Source of the DNA: Deltaproteobacteria bacterium
GTDB taxonomy: Bacteria > Myxococcota > Kuafuiibacteriia > Kuafuiibacteriales > Kuafuiibacteriaceae
Direction: 5' to 3'
DNA: 64,000 nt
NCBI GenBank assembly: GCA_040218735.1
Contig: JAVJQW010000057.1
Span: forward strand, 448,001 to 512,000
Shown here: positions 34,368 to 42,496 of the stretch, piece by piece
Numbering within the stretch: position 1 is the stretch's first letter
Layout of the letters: each line of letters opens with the position of its first letter
Notes under the pieces: generated by a model
Told to the model about the DNA's origin: nothing
What the model saw: only the letters and a program-made list of their open reading frames with translations
The model's database searches: none
Translations under genes and position numbers: made by a program

Positions 34368-35300
34368 ATGAGCACCCCGATCCAGATCTACGAAGTCGGC
34401 CTCCGGGACGGCCTCCAGAACGAGGCCGCGTTCATCCCTACCCAAGACAAGATCCGCCTCGCGACCATGCTCGCCGACGCCGGCGAAAAGCGCATCGAGC
34501 TCACCTCGTTTGTGTCGCCCCGCTGGATCCCCCAACTCGCCGACCACGCCGCCGTCGCCTCCGAGACCCCGCGCCGGCCCGGCGTTCACTACTCGGCCCT
34601 CGTCCCCAACCTCCGCGGCCTCGAAGGCGCCCGCGCCGCCCAGCTCGAGGAGATCGCGATCTTCATGAGCGCTTCCGAGGCGCACTCGAAGAAGAACATC
34701 AACAAGTCGGTCGACGAAGCCCTGGAAGTCCTCGCGGGCGTCGCCGAAGCCGCCCTCGCCGACGGGATGCGCGTCCGCGGCTACCTCTCGACCGTGTTCG
34801 GCTGCCCGTACGAAGGCCACGTCGATCCCGGCCGCGTCCGCGTGCTCGTGCAGCGCCTCCTCGACATGGGCGTCTACGAAGTCAGCCTCGGCGACACCAT
34901 CGGCGTCGGCCACCCCGGCCAGGTCCGCGACCTCGCGAAGATGATCGAAGAAGACGGCGCCCTCGACCGCGTCGCGCTCCACATGCACGACACCCGCGGC
35001 ACCGCGCTCGCCAACGTCCTCGCCGGCCTCGACGCCGGCGTCACGACCTTCGACGCCGCCTTCGGCGGGCTCGGCGGCTGCCCGTACGCCCCCGGCGCGT
35101 CCGGCAACCTCGCGACCGAGGACCTCGTCTACATGCTCGAAGGCATGGGCTACGACACCGGCATCGACATGGACCGTCTCGTCGAAGCGAGCCTGTACAT
35201 CAGCGACCTCGTCGGGCGCAGCCTCCCCTCGCGCATGCTGCAGTCCGAGATCGGACGCCGCGCCAAGGCCACCGAACGCGCCGAACGCAAGCGCGGTTGA
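34368..35300 (+). CDS. hmgL: Hydroxymethylglutaryl-CoA lyase
   Basis: EVG.RDGLQNE, SFVSP.WIPQ, GCPYEG, HMHDTRG, GGLGGCPYAPGASGN.ATED. Confidence 0.95.
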   Translation: MSTPIQIYEVGLRDGLQNEAAFIPTQDKIRLATMLADAGEKRIELTSFVSPRWIPQLADHAAVASETPRRPGVHYSALVPNLRGLEGARAAQLEEIAIFMSASEAHSKKNINKSVDEALEVLAGVAEAALADGMRVRGYLSTVFGCPYEGHVDPGRVRVLVQRLLDMGVYEVSLGDTIGVGHPGQVRDLAKMIEEDGALDRVALHMHDTRGTALANVLAGLDAGVTTFDAAFGGLGGCPYAPGASGNLATEDLVYMLEGMGYDTGIDMDRLVEASLYISDLVGRSLPSRMLQSEIGRRAKATERAERKRG

Positions 35301-35315
35301 CGCTCGGTTCGCCCC

Positions 35316-36530
35316 CTACACCAAGGCCCCACGCAACCTAAGGGGTCGCGTCGGATAGCGATCCCCGTCCGGCGCGTACGCACGCTCGCGCGCGATGATC
35401 GGCTGATCCCAACCCGGGTCCGACACGACCGTGTTCCCGCTCGGCCGCGTCGTGACTTCGAGCCACCCCGTCGCCGCCATTCGAAGCTGGCGCAGACGCC
35501 GCTCCGGATCCGATGCCCGCGCGTGCCGGTGCACCCCACCCAGGATCGCGACGACGTCCAACCCCAGCGAAGGCCCGAACGGCGCGAGGAGCGCAGCCAT
35601 CGTCGTCGCATGTTTGTGGCTGGTCGCGGCGCCCTTCACCGCCATTCGGCCCACGTCGGAAGCCATGTAGCGACCCGGCTCGCGGAACGCCGCACCCGTC
35701 GGGCGCTTCACGTCGAGCACGCTGTACACCGCACGCACCGCGTCGTGCTGAATCGCCTCCGTCGACGCCGACGACGCTCGCTTGCCCAGGACTTGATGCC
35801 AACGGCCGCCCGACGCCATGCCCGTGTCGCGGCGAAAGTCGAGGCGCGCCGCGTGGGGAGCAACGGCGAGCGCCGCCTCGCAGACCTTCGCCTTGAGGAG
35901 CGGGTCGTCGAAGTCCGCGCGCATCCAGTGGTGGCGTCCGTCCGCGACCACTTCGGGATCGTTGAGCTCATGAACCGACGCCTTGTCGACCTCGAGCGGC
36001 GCGTCGCGACCATCGACCGCGACGAGGTACGCGTCGTCCTTCGCGCCAACGATCGTGGCTCGGAAGGTCACGCCGACCGGGCCCTTCCGATCGTACGCGT
36101 ACGCGTTGGCGTCGCCCTTCTCGGGGACGACGATGTTCGTCGCGATGCGAACCTGGCGCCCGACGGGGTACCGGGGCGACGCCTGCATCGCGTCGTTCCC
36201 GCGCGGCGCCGCCGTCCACAGCCCCGCCGCCACGAAGTCCTCGGCGCGCGCCGTGGCGTCGAAGCTGGGTAGGCGATCGAAGAGCGCCAACGCGGTCGCC
36301 TTCAGCTCCGGGTCACCGACCCCGATCGCCGCGTCGTAGTACGCCTGCAGCCGGTCCGACTCGACGACACGGACGAAGTCCGCGACCGCGCGACGCGCCT
36401 CGTTCTCGGGCACCTCGACGGGCGCAGCGGTCCGGGGCTCGACGGCCTGGCGAACCGACGTCGTGACTTCGGCGATCTTCGGTAGGAGCGCAGCGGCTCC
36501 GCGGGCGAGACGATTCGTGGTGGGCTGCAT
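35316..36530 (-). CDS. Hypothetical protein with degenerate transglutaminase-like C-terminal domain
   Basis: Long codon-biased ORF; GWLEV ... DPGW pattern without the catalytic Cys/His. Confidence 0.6.
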   Translation of the reverse strand: MQPTTNRLARGAAALLPKIAEVTTSVRQAVEPRTAAPVEVPENEARRAVADFVRVVESDRLQAYYDAAIGVGDPELKATALALFDRLPSFDATARAEDFVAAGLWTAAPRGNDAMQASPRYPVGRQVRIATNIVVPEKGDANAYAYDRKGPVGVTFRATIVGAKDDAYLVAVDGRDAPLEVDKASVHELNDPEVVADGRHHWMRADFDDPLLKAKVCEAALAVAPHAARLDFRRDTGMASGGRWHQVLGKRASSASTEAIQHDAVRAVYSVLDVKRPTGAAFREPGRYMASDVGRMAVKGAATSHKHATTMAALLAPFGPSLGLDVVAILGGVHRHARASDPERRLRQLRMAATGWLEVTTRPSGNTVVSDPGWDQPIIARERAYAPDGDRYPTRPLRLRGALV

Positions 36531-36583
36531 GGCGGGTAGGTTTTCGGCCTACCCGACGGATCCATCGCTGACGATGGCTGAAA

Positions 36584-37282
36584 TCAGCTGTACTGCGTGC
36601 TCTCGCCGCGCTCGCGCGCCTCGGCGTTCACCTTCTTGGTGAAGTCGTTCACGGCGGCCCACAGCTCGGGCAACAGGTGCTCGCGCATCCCGTGGACGAG
36701 CTGCTCGGCGGGGACGCCCTTGAGGGAGTCGACGAACCCACCGATCTGCCGCTCGACCATCCTAAAGTGAACGAAGCGCCAGGTGCGGAAGTTCTGATCG
36801 AGCTCGTAGAGCGATCGATACAGCACGTGCAGGTCGTAGTGTTTCTCGGGTTCGTCGAGGACCTCGACGATCGACACGCCGCGCCGCTCGATGAGCGCCT
36901 TCACGGACGGCCAGATCATCTCGCCCATCTTCAAGAGCGCGTTGAAGCCCGGTGATTCCTGCCCGCTCCCGCGACCGAGCGTGCGACGGATGTGCACGTA
37001 CTGCTTCGGCGGCATCCGCTCGAGGATCGCGAGCTGCTTCGTCAGGTGCTCTTCGATGATACCGACGCGCGTGAACAGGTCCGCGGCCTCGGCGAGCTCG
37101 TCCGCCTCGACGTGTTTCACCGCCCCGCGGACGTCGTGCAAGGCAACTTGCATCCAGAGCTCCGCCGTCTGGTGCGTGACCTGGAAGATGAGCTCGTCGT
37201 GTGCGGCGAGGTTGTCGACCGGCCGGAGCTGCTCGAACAGCTCGTTCGTTCGAATGTAACGCTCGTACTCGGTATCGCCCAT
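36584..37282 (-). CDS. Tryptophan 2,3-dioxygenase-family heme enzyme (divergent)
   Basis: Y.RY...EL, HDELIFQVTHQ.AELW, GSGQESPGF, WR..H..MVERQIG. Confidence 0.85.
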   Translation of the reverse strand: MGDTEYERYIRTNELFEQLRPVDNLAAHDELIFQVTHQTAELWMQVALHDVRGAVKHVEADELAEAADLFTRVGIIEEHLTKQLAILERMPPKQYVHIRRTLGRGSGQESPGFNALLKMGEMIWPSVKALIERRGVSIVEVLDEPEKHYDLHVLYRSLYELDQNFRTWRFVHFRMVERQIGGFVDSLKGVPAEQLVHGMREHLLPELWAAVNDFTKKVNAEARERGESTQYS

Positions 37283-37285
37283 GAC

Positions 37286-38299
37286 TCAGACCTGCTTGAC
37301 GCCGTTGATGATCGCCCGGACGTCGTTGATGAGCCCGAACGCGGCGTCGTCCAGGCCGGACGTCTTCTGAAGGAGCGTGAAGGAGTGGCCGACGTCGGTG
37401 TCGATGATGACGCCCCCCTGCGGTCCCTTCAGCGAGAACAGCGGGTCGCCGGATTCGAGGGCGATCGGCTCGACGCTCGCGCGCACGTTGCCGTCGCTGC
37501 TGCGCTCGATCTCCGCGACGAGCTTGTAACGCGCGCCGCCCTCGGCGGCTTCGCGGATGCGGTCGTCCTTCATCGTCTCGCACCCGGTGCGCGCGACGTC
37601 GACGACCCGGAGCGCGCCGCCCATCCAGACGTTGGCGAGGAGCGCCGCCTTGCTCGCGGCGTCCCAGCCGTCGAGGTCGAGCACGCTGTCCGCCTCCGCG
37701 ATGCCCTGCGCCTGAGCGCGAGCGAGACCGCGCGAGCGCGTCGATCCGAGCGCCACGGACTCCAGCACCACGGAGGACGTCCCGTTGAGGACGCCGCGGA
37801 CGCGGGTGACGTTCACGTCCTCGAGCGCCTTCACGAACTGGAATATCGGGAGGCCGTCGAGCGTCGTGGCCTCGAAGCGGAACTGCGCCCCGGACTTCGC
37901 GGCGCGGTGGAGGAGGTCGCGGTACCCCAGGACGATCGGCGCCTTGTTGGAGGTGACGACGTGGACGCCGCGATCGAGCGCCGCCCGGTGGAACGCGAGG
38001 GCCGGGTCACCGCTTCGGATGTTCTGGGGGATGCACTCGATGAGGACCTGGGCGTCGGACATCTCGATGAGCTTCTCGACGTCGTCCGGGCCGTCCGCAC
38101 CCAACCCCTGGGTCTCGACGAGGTCCACGGCGGTCTCGGCGTCGATGCCGCGGGGGTCGATCGTGCGGCCGTGGTGGGCGGTGACGATCCCGACGAGCTC
38201 GATGGGCCCGCCCCGGTCGCGGAGTCGCCGCAGGAAGGCGCGGCCGAGCGAGCCGGCGCCGACGAGCAGGGTGCGAAGACGCTTGGGGTCCGAGGTCAC
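37286..38299 (-). CDS. hom: Homoserine dehydrogenase (short form, no ACT domain)
   Basis: HVVTSNK.P, FEAT..DGLP, GVLNGT, AQ..GIAEAD..LD.DGWDAA.K. Confidence 0.85.
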   Translation of the reverse strand: MTSDPKRLRTLLVGAGSLGRAFLRRLRDRGGPIELVGIVTAHHGRTIDPRGIDAETAVDLVETQGLGADGPDDVEKLIEMSDAQVLIECIPQNIRSGDPALAFHRAALDRGVHVVTSNKAPIVLGYRDLLHRAAKSGAQFRFEATTLDGLPIFQFVKALEDVNVTRVRGVLNGTSSVVLESVALGSTRSRGLARAQAQGIAEADSVLDLDGWDAASKAALLANVWMGGALRVVDVARTGCETMKDDRIREAAEGGARYKLVAEIERSSDGNVRASVEPIALESGDPLFSLKGPQGGVIIDTDVGHSFTLLQKTSGLDDAAFGLINDVRAIINGVKQV

Positions 38300-38454
38300 G
38301 GGGTGGAGTCCTACCACAAGGCGTGGCCGCGGGGAGGCGGGATCCGCAGGGGCGCGTGATTTGGCACGATCGGGTACACCCCGGCGCGAGGCCTGCGGTA
38401 ACTTGACCCGACGCACACGCGTAGCCGACGCACGAACAAGGAGCGAATGAACCG

Positions 38455-39051
38455 ATGAACACCCGCACCGTGACCGCACTCTTCTCCGCAGCCAGCCTCG
38501 TCGCACTCGCGGCGGGCGCGACCGCCTGCAAGGAAGCCGCCGCAAAGACGCAAGGCGTCGGCGACAACCTCCGCGCGTTCGTCATCAAGAATTGCGAAGA
38601 CGGCAAACGTTACTGCCAGGTCTGCGCGTACGGCGGCCGCCCGACGCTCATGACCATCGCAGACCTCGACGACGACGGCGTCGAGAAGGACCTCCAGGAG
38701 ATGGAGAAGCTCCTCGCCGCGAACAAGGACAAAGGACTCACCGCGTTTGCGCTCTTTGGTCACATGAAGACCGGTAAGTTCGTCGCGGTCTCGGACGACG
38801 ACGCGGCGACGAAGAAACTCGCAGAGATGAAGAAGCGCCTCGGCCTCTCGTTCCCGCTCACGATCGTCCCGAGCCAACTCACCGAGAAGGAGCAGAAGAG
38901 CTACATGCCCTTCGACGCGCAGTACGCCGTCGGCAAGAGCCGTACGCTCTTCGCCGCCGCGAGTGACAACGAGGTGTTCTACGCCGACGTCATGACCGGT
39001 GACGCGAAGCAGTACGAGAAGCTCGCCGCGAAGCTGAAGGAGAAGCTCTGA
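38455..39051 (+). CDS. Lipoprotein with CxxC (thioredoxin-like) motif
   Basis: Lipobox ATAC; CQVC; coupled to a TlpA gene. Confidence 0.65.
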   Translation: MNTRTVTALFSAASLVALAAGATACKEAAAKTQGVGDNLRAFVIKNCEDGKRYCQVCAYGGRPTLMTIADLDDDGVEKDLQEMEKLLAANKDKGLTAFALFGHMKTGKFVAVSDDDAATKKLAEMKKRLGLSFPLTIVPSQLTEKEQKSYMPFDAQYAVGKSRTLFAAASDNEVFYADVMTGDAKQYEKLAAKLKEKL

Positions 39052-39560
39052 TCCGCTACGCCCCCCTCCTCCTGCTCCTCGGCTGCAAGGCTCCGGCGGC
39101 GGAACCCACGCCGCGCGCGATCGTCGCGTCCGAGTTCCCCGAGTGGCAGGCGATGCTCACGCAGATGGAGGTCACCAACCTCGACGGCGAGGACCCACGC
39201 CTCGTCGTCGACGCCATCCCGCGCGGGCGCTACGTGATCGTCACGATGTGGGCGACCTACTGCCCGCCGTGCGTCGACGAGCTGTCGATGTTCCAGAAGG
39301 TGCACCGCGACGGGCACGCGATCCTCGGCGTGTCCTTCGACGCCGCCGACGAACGCGACGACGTGAAGGCGCTCCTCGCGAAGAAGGGCGCGACCTTCCC
39401 GCAGGTCATCGTCACCGCCGACGCGATGAAACGCGCGGGCCGGCTCCTCGAAGGCGGCCTCCCGTTTGCCGTGGTCGTCGACGAGACGGGCGCGATCGTC
39501 CGCACGCACACCGGCAAGATGTCCGAGCCCTGGGCACGCGCCGCGCTCGCCGGTGAGTGA
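39048..39560 (+). CDS. TlpA-family thiol-disulfide oxidoreductase lipoprotein
   Basis: WATYCPPC..E, GLP; frame extends upstream to a lipobox LLLLGC with a probable CTG start at 39048. Confidence 0.8.
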   Translation: MIRYAPLLLLLGCKAPAAEPTPRAIVASEFPEWQAMLTQMEVTNLDGEDPRLVVDAIPRGRYVIVTMWATYCPPCVDELSMFQKVHRDGHAILGVSFDAADERDDVKALLAKKGATFPQVIVTADAMKRAGRLLEGGLPFAVVVDETGAIVRTHTGKMSEPWARAALAGE

Positions 39561-39578
39561 TGTGTTAGACCAGGCGCC

Positions 39579-40331
39579 GTGGTCGCCTACGCTCCGCCCG
39601 ACGCGGCGCTCGTCGCCATCGGCGCCGTCCTGCACGCCGAGCCGCTGATCGCCGCGGCCGACCGTGTCGTGCCGATGATCGAGAAGGACCTGGCGCGCCT
39701 CGAGCACTTCGGGATCGACCAAGAGGAGCTCGAGAACCTTCAGCAGCGGCTCCGCGAGCTGAAGAACATGCTGAAGGACAAACGCATCGCGAAGAACGAC
39801 ACGCCGCTGCAGATGGACGGCGTCATGGACGCGCTCGCGCAGGCGCGCGCGTGGATGCGGACGATGCGCGAGATCGCGGCGATCAACCTGACCGGCGACA
39901 CCCCCTCGCTCTACCGAATCTCGAGCCCCGAGCCGGACCTCGCGGAGATCACGCCGCGTGACGTGCTCGAGGAGCTGCGCCGGATCGTGAAGGCGGCGAA
40001 CGAGATGCGCCCGCGCCTGGAGGAGGTCGGGCTCGACGCGCACTTCTTGGGACGGGGGCGCAAGCTCGTCGCGCAGCTCGACACCGCGCTCGGCAAGAAG
40101 GACGTCGACGGCGCCGACCTCGCGGTGATGGTGCGGCGGTTCTACATGCGCAAGGCGCAGGTCTTCCTGATGCTGAAGCGCGGGACCCGCGCGGCGCGGG
40201 TGTGTTTCGCGCTCTTCGAGAAGCGGCGTGCGATGTATCACCTCGACGAGGTCGAGACGCCGAAGGTGGAGCCGGCGCGGCGCGCCGTGCGTCCCAAGAA
40301 ACCTCAGTCCTCGGCGTCGGCGAACAGCTGA
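39579..40331 (+). CDS. Hypothetical helical protein
   Basis: Codon-biased ORF following the TlpA gene; no family recognised. Confidence 0.6.
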   Translation: MVAYAPPDAALVAIGAVLHAEPLIAAADRVVPMIEKDLARLEHFGIDQEELENLQQRLRELKNMLKDKRIAKNDTPLQMDGVMDALAQARAWMRTMREIAAINLTGDTPSLYRISSPEPDLAEITPRDVLEELRRIVKAANEMRPRLEEVGLDAHFLGRGRKLVAQLDTALGKKDVDGADLAVMVRRFYMRKAQVFLMLKRGTRAARVCFALFEKRRAMYHLDEVETPKVEPARRAVRPKKPQSSASANS

Positions 40332-40516
40332 AGCTGCTTGCTCTCGAACAGGTTCATCTGACCGGGGAGCAGCTCGGCGTGGGCGGCGAGGACCTGGTCG
40401 ACGCCGTCGCGAATGTATGCGGCCACCGGGACGCCCGTCCGCACGGACAGCGCCTTGAGGAGGCGGTCCTGCTCGGCTTCGAGGTAGACCGTCGTGGTGA
40501 CCTTTCGTCGACCCAC
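40304..40516 (-). CDS. Ribbon-helix-helix DNA-binding protein
   Basis: RKVTTTVYL..EQ..LLK.LS.RT.VP.A.YIR.GVD pattern. Confidence 0.8.
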   Translation of the reverse strand: MGRRKVTTTVYLEAEQDRLLKALSVRTGVPVAAYIRDGVDQVLAAHAELLPGQMNLFESKQLQLFADAED

Positions 40517-40627
40517 GGCATCAATCTACCGATCCGCGGTCGAGTTTGCGAAAACGTGACCGATGTTGGACGTGGGGGCCTCGTCTTGACGCCTGTGGGC
40601 GCCAGGGGGATGCTCCCGAGAAGTCCC

Positions 40628-41260
40628 ATGGATAGCCGAATCCTCGTGATGACGACCCTCTCCTTCGCCCTGGTGACCGCCTGCGGCGGCAAGAAGAAGA
40701 GCGGTGACGTGAAGCAACCCACCGCCGCCGCACCCGCGGCCGCTGCAAACGGCCCCAAGAGCCCGCAGCCCGGCGGCACCACCGGCGCGACCGACGACGT
40801 CCGGACCTCGGACCTCGACAACGACGGTCGCCCCGAGGTCACGAAGTACTACAAGACGATCGACGACCCGGAGCGCCCCGGCCAGAAGAAGACGATCCTC
40901 GTCCGTCAGGACATCGACCTGACCTGGGACGGCAAGGTCGATATCTGGCGCTACTTCGACGACAACGGCATGGCCGAAAAGGAAGAGTGGGACACGGACT
41001 ACGACGGCAAGATCGACGAGACCCGCTTCTTCGAGGGCGGCGTCATCGTGCGCTCCGAGCGCGACCGCAACAACGACGGCCGCCCGGACGTCATGCGCTA
41101 CTACAAGGAAGGCAAGCTCGAGCGGAAGGAAACCGACACCAACGGTGATGGTCAGGTCGACCGCTGGGAGTACTTCCAGGGCCGCGTGCTCGACCGCGTC
41201 GGCGTCGACCGCGACCACGACGGCAGCGTCGACTCCTGGGCCAAAGCCGACGGCGCCTGA
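40628..41260 (+). CDS. Lipoprotein with repeated DxDxDG (Ca-binding-like) motifs
   Basis: Lipobox VTAC; six D.[DN].DG..D-type repeats. Confidence 0.75.
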   Translation: MDSRILVMTTLSFALVTACGGKKKSGDVKQPTAAAPAAAANGPKSPQPGGTTGATDDVRTSDLDNDGRPEVTKYYKTIDDPERPGQKKTILVRQDIDLTWDGKVDIWRYFDDNGMAEKEEWDTDYDGKIDETRFFEGGVIVRSERDRNNDGRPDVMRYYKEGKLERKETDTNGDGQVDRWEYFQGRVLDRVGVDRDHDGSVDSWAKADGA

Positions 41261-41262
41261 GT

Positions 41263-42474
41263 TTGTCCTCCCACCGCCTCGGGCGCTGGCGTTTCCTGGA
41301 TCCCAGCCGACCCGAAGAACGCCAACGCCAATCCGAGACCGACGCGCGCATCGACGCGTGGTGGCGCGCGCTCGCCGCGCGTCGGGCGGACCTCGACGCG
41401 CTGTTCCTCGGCGAAGCGGAGTGGGACCTGCCCGAGTTCGTCGCCGAGAACCTCGGCGTCATCGACCACCGCATCATGTGGGAGTTCGGGCCCGCGCGTG
41501 CCGGTGACGGGCACGCGCTCGTGCTCACGCCGGAGTTCGATGTCGCGTTGCAGCCGCTGGTCGAGCGCATCGTCGCGCGCGCCCCGGCGGACATCGGCTT
41601 CGAGCTGCACACCGAGCGTCCGGCCGAACCGATCGACGTCGCGGTGTTGTTCGTGCAGGAGCAGATCGGCATCGACCTCCGCGCGGCGAGTGTCCTGGTC
41701 CGCGACGGCGAGCACCGTCGCTTCGACCTCGACTTCTTCTTCCCGGGCGGCGGATCCAAGGACGACCTCGAGGCGGCCGCGTACATCGCGACGTCCAAGC
41801 TCCTCGGTGAAGCGATCACGGAGCGCTGGGTCGGCGAGGTCACGGCGAAGGGTGGCGGCCGGCTCAAGATGTTCTCGAAGCCGGCGGCGCCGATCGGTTC
41901 GGTGTTGATCGGCGACTTCGCCCGGACCATCGCGACGCGCATCGAAGCGCGACGCGCGGAGCTCCCCAGTGCGCCCTGCGTCGACTACGTGCGCGATGCG
42001 GAGTGGTCCGTGTTCGAGCTGGACGGCCAGGACGCGATGTTCGCGCAGTTCGATCTGTTCACGGCGATCAGCCCGAACGACGCGCTGTTTCGCGCGACGC
42101 ACAGCGGCGACAACTTCTACGACGAGCGCTTCTCACGCTACGGCGAGACGTTCGCCTACCTGAAGATCGACGGGCGCGAAGGGCTCGACGGATCCAAGTA
42201 CGAGGACCGCGGAGAGATCGAAGACGAGCTCACGGAGATGCTCGAAAAACACGGCCTCGGCACCACCGTCGGCGGCGGCACCGGCGCCGTGCACAGCTAC
42301 GTCGAGCTCGCACTCCTCGAGATCGACACCGCCGTCGAGATGATCGCCAAGACCCTCCGCGAAGGCGGCGCCCCTCGGCGCTCGTGGATTCAGTTCCACC
42401 GCGCCGACTGGTCACGCGAATGGGTCGGCGTGTATCCGGACGCGCCGCGGCCGCCGATGCCGGACGACGACTGA
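41263..42474 (+). CDS. Hypothetical protein (DUF695-like features)
   Basis: ID.WW, WEFGP, L..AP; C-terminal GGGTG..SY.EL. Confidence 0.6.
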   Translation: MSSHRLGRWRFLDPSRPEERQRQSETDARIDAWWRALAARRADLDALFLGEAEWDLPEFVAENLGVIDHRIMWEFGPARAGDGHALVLTPEFDVALQPLVERIVARAPADIGFELHTERPAEPIDVAVLFVQEQIGIDLRAASVLVRDGEHRRFDLDFFFPGGGSKDDLEAAAYIATSKLLGEAITERWVGEVTAKGGGRLKMFSKPAAPIGSVLIGDFARTIATRIEARRAELPSAPCVDYVRDAEWSVFELDGQDAMFAQFDLFTAISPNDALFRATHSGDNFYDERFSRYGETFAYLKIDGREGLDGSKYEDRGEIEDELTEMLEKHGLGTTVGGGTGAVHSYVELALLEIDTAVEMIAKTLREGGAPRRSWIQFHRADWSREWVGVYPDAPRPPMPDDD

Positions 42475-42496
42475 GACGACGCTAAATCGCGCGGCT

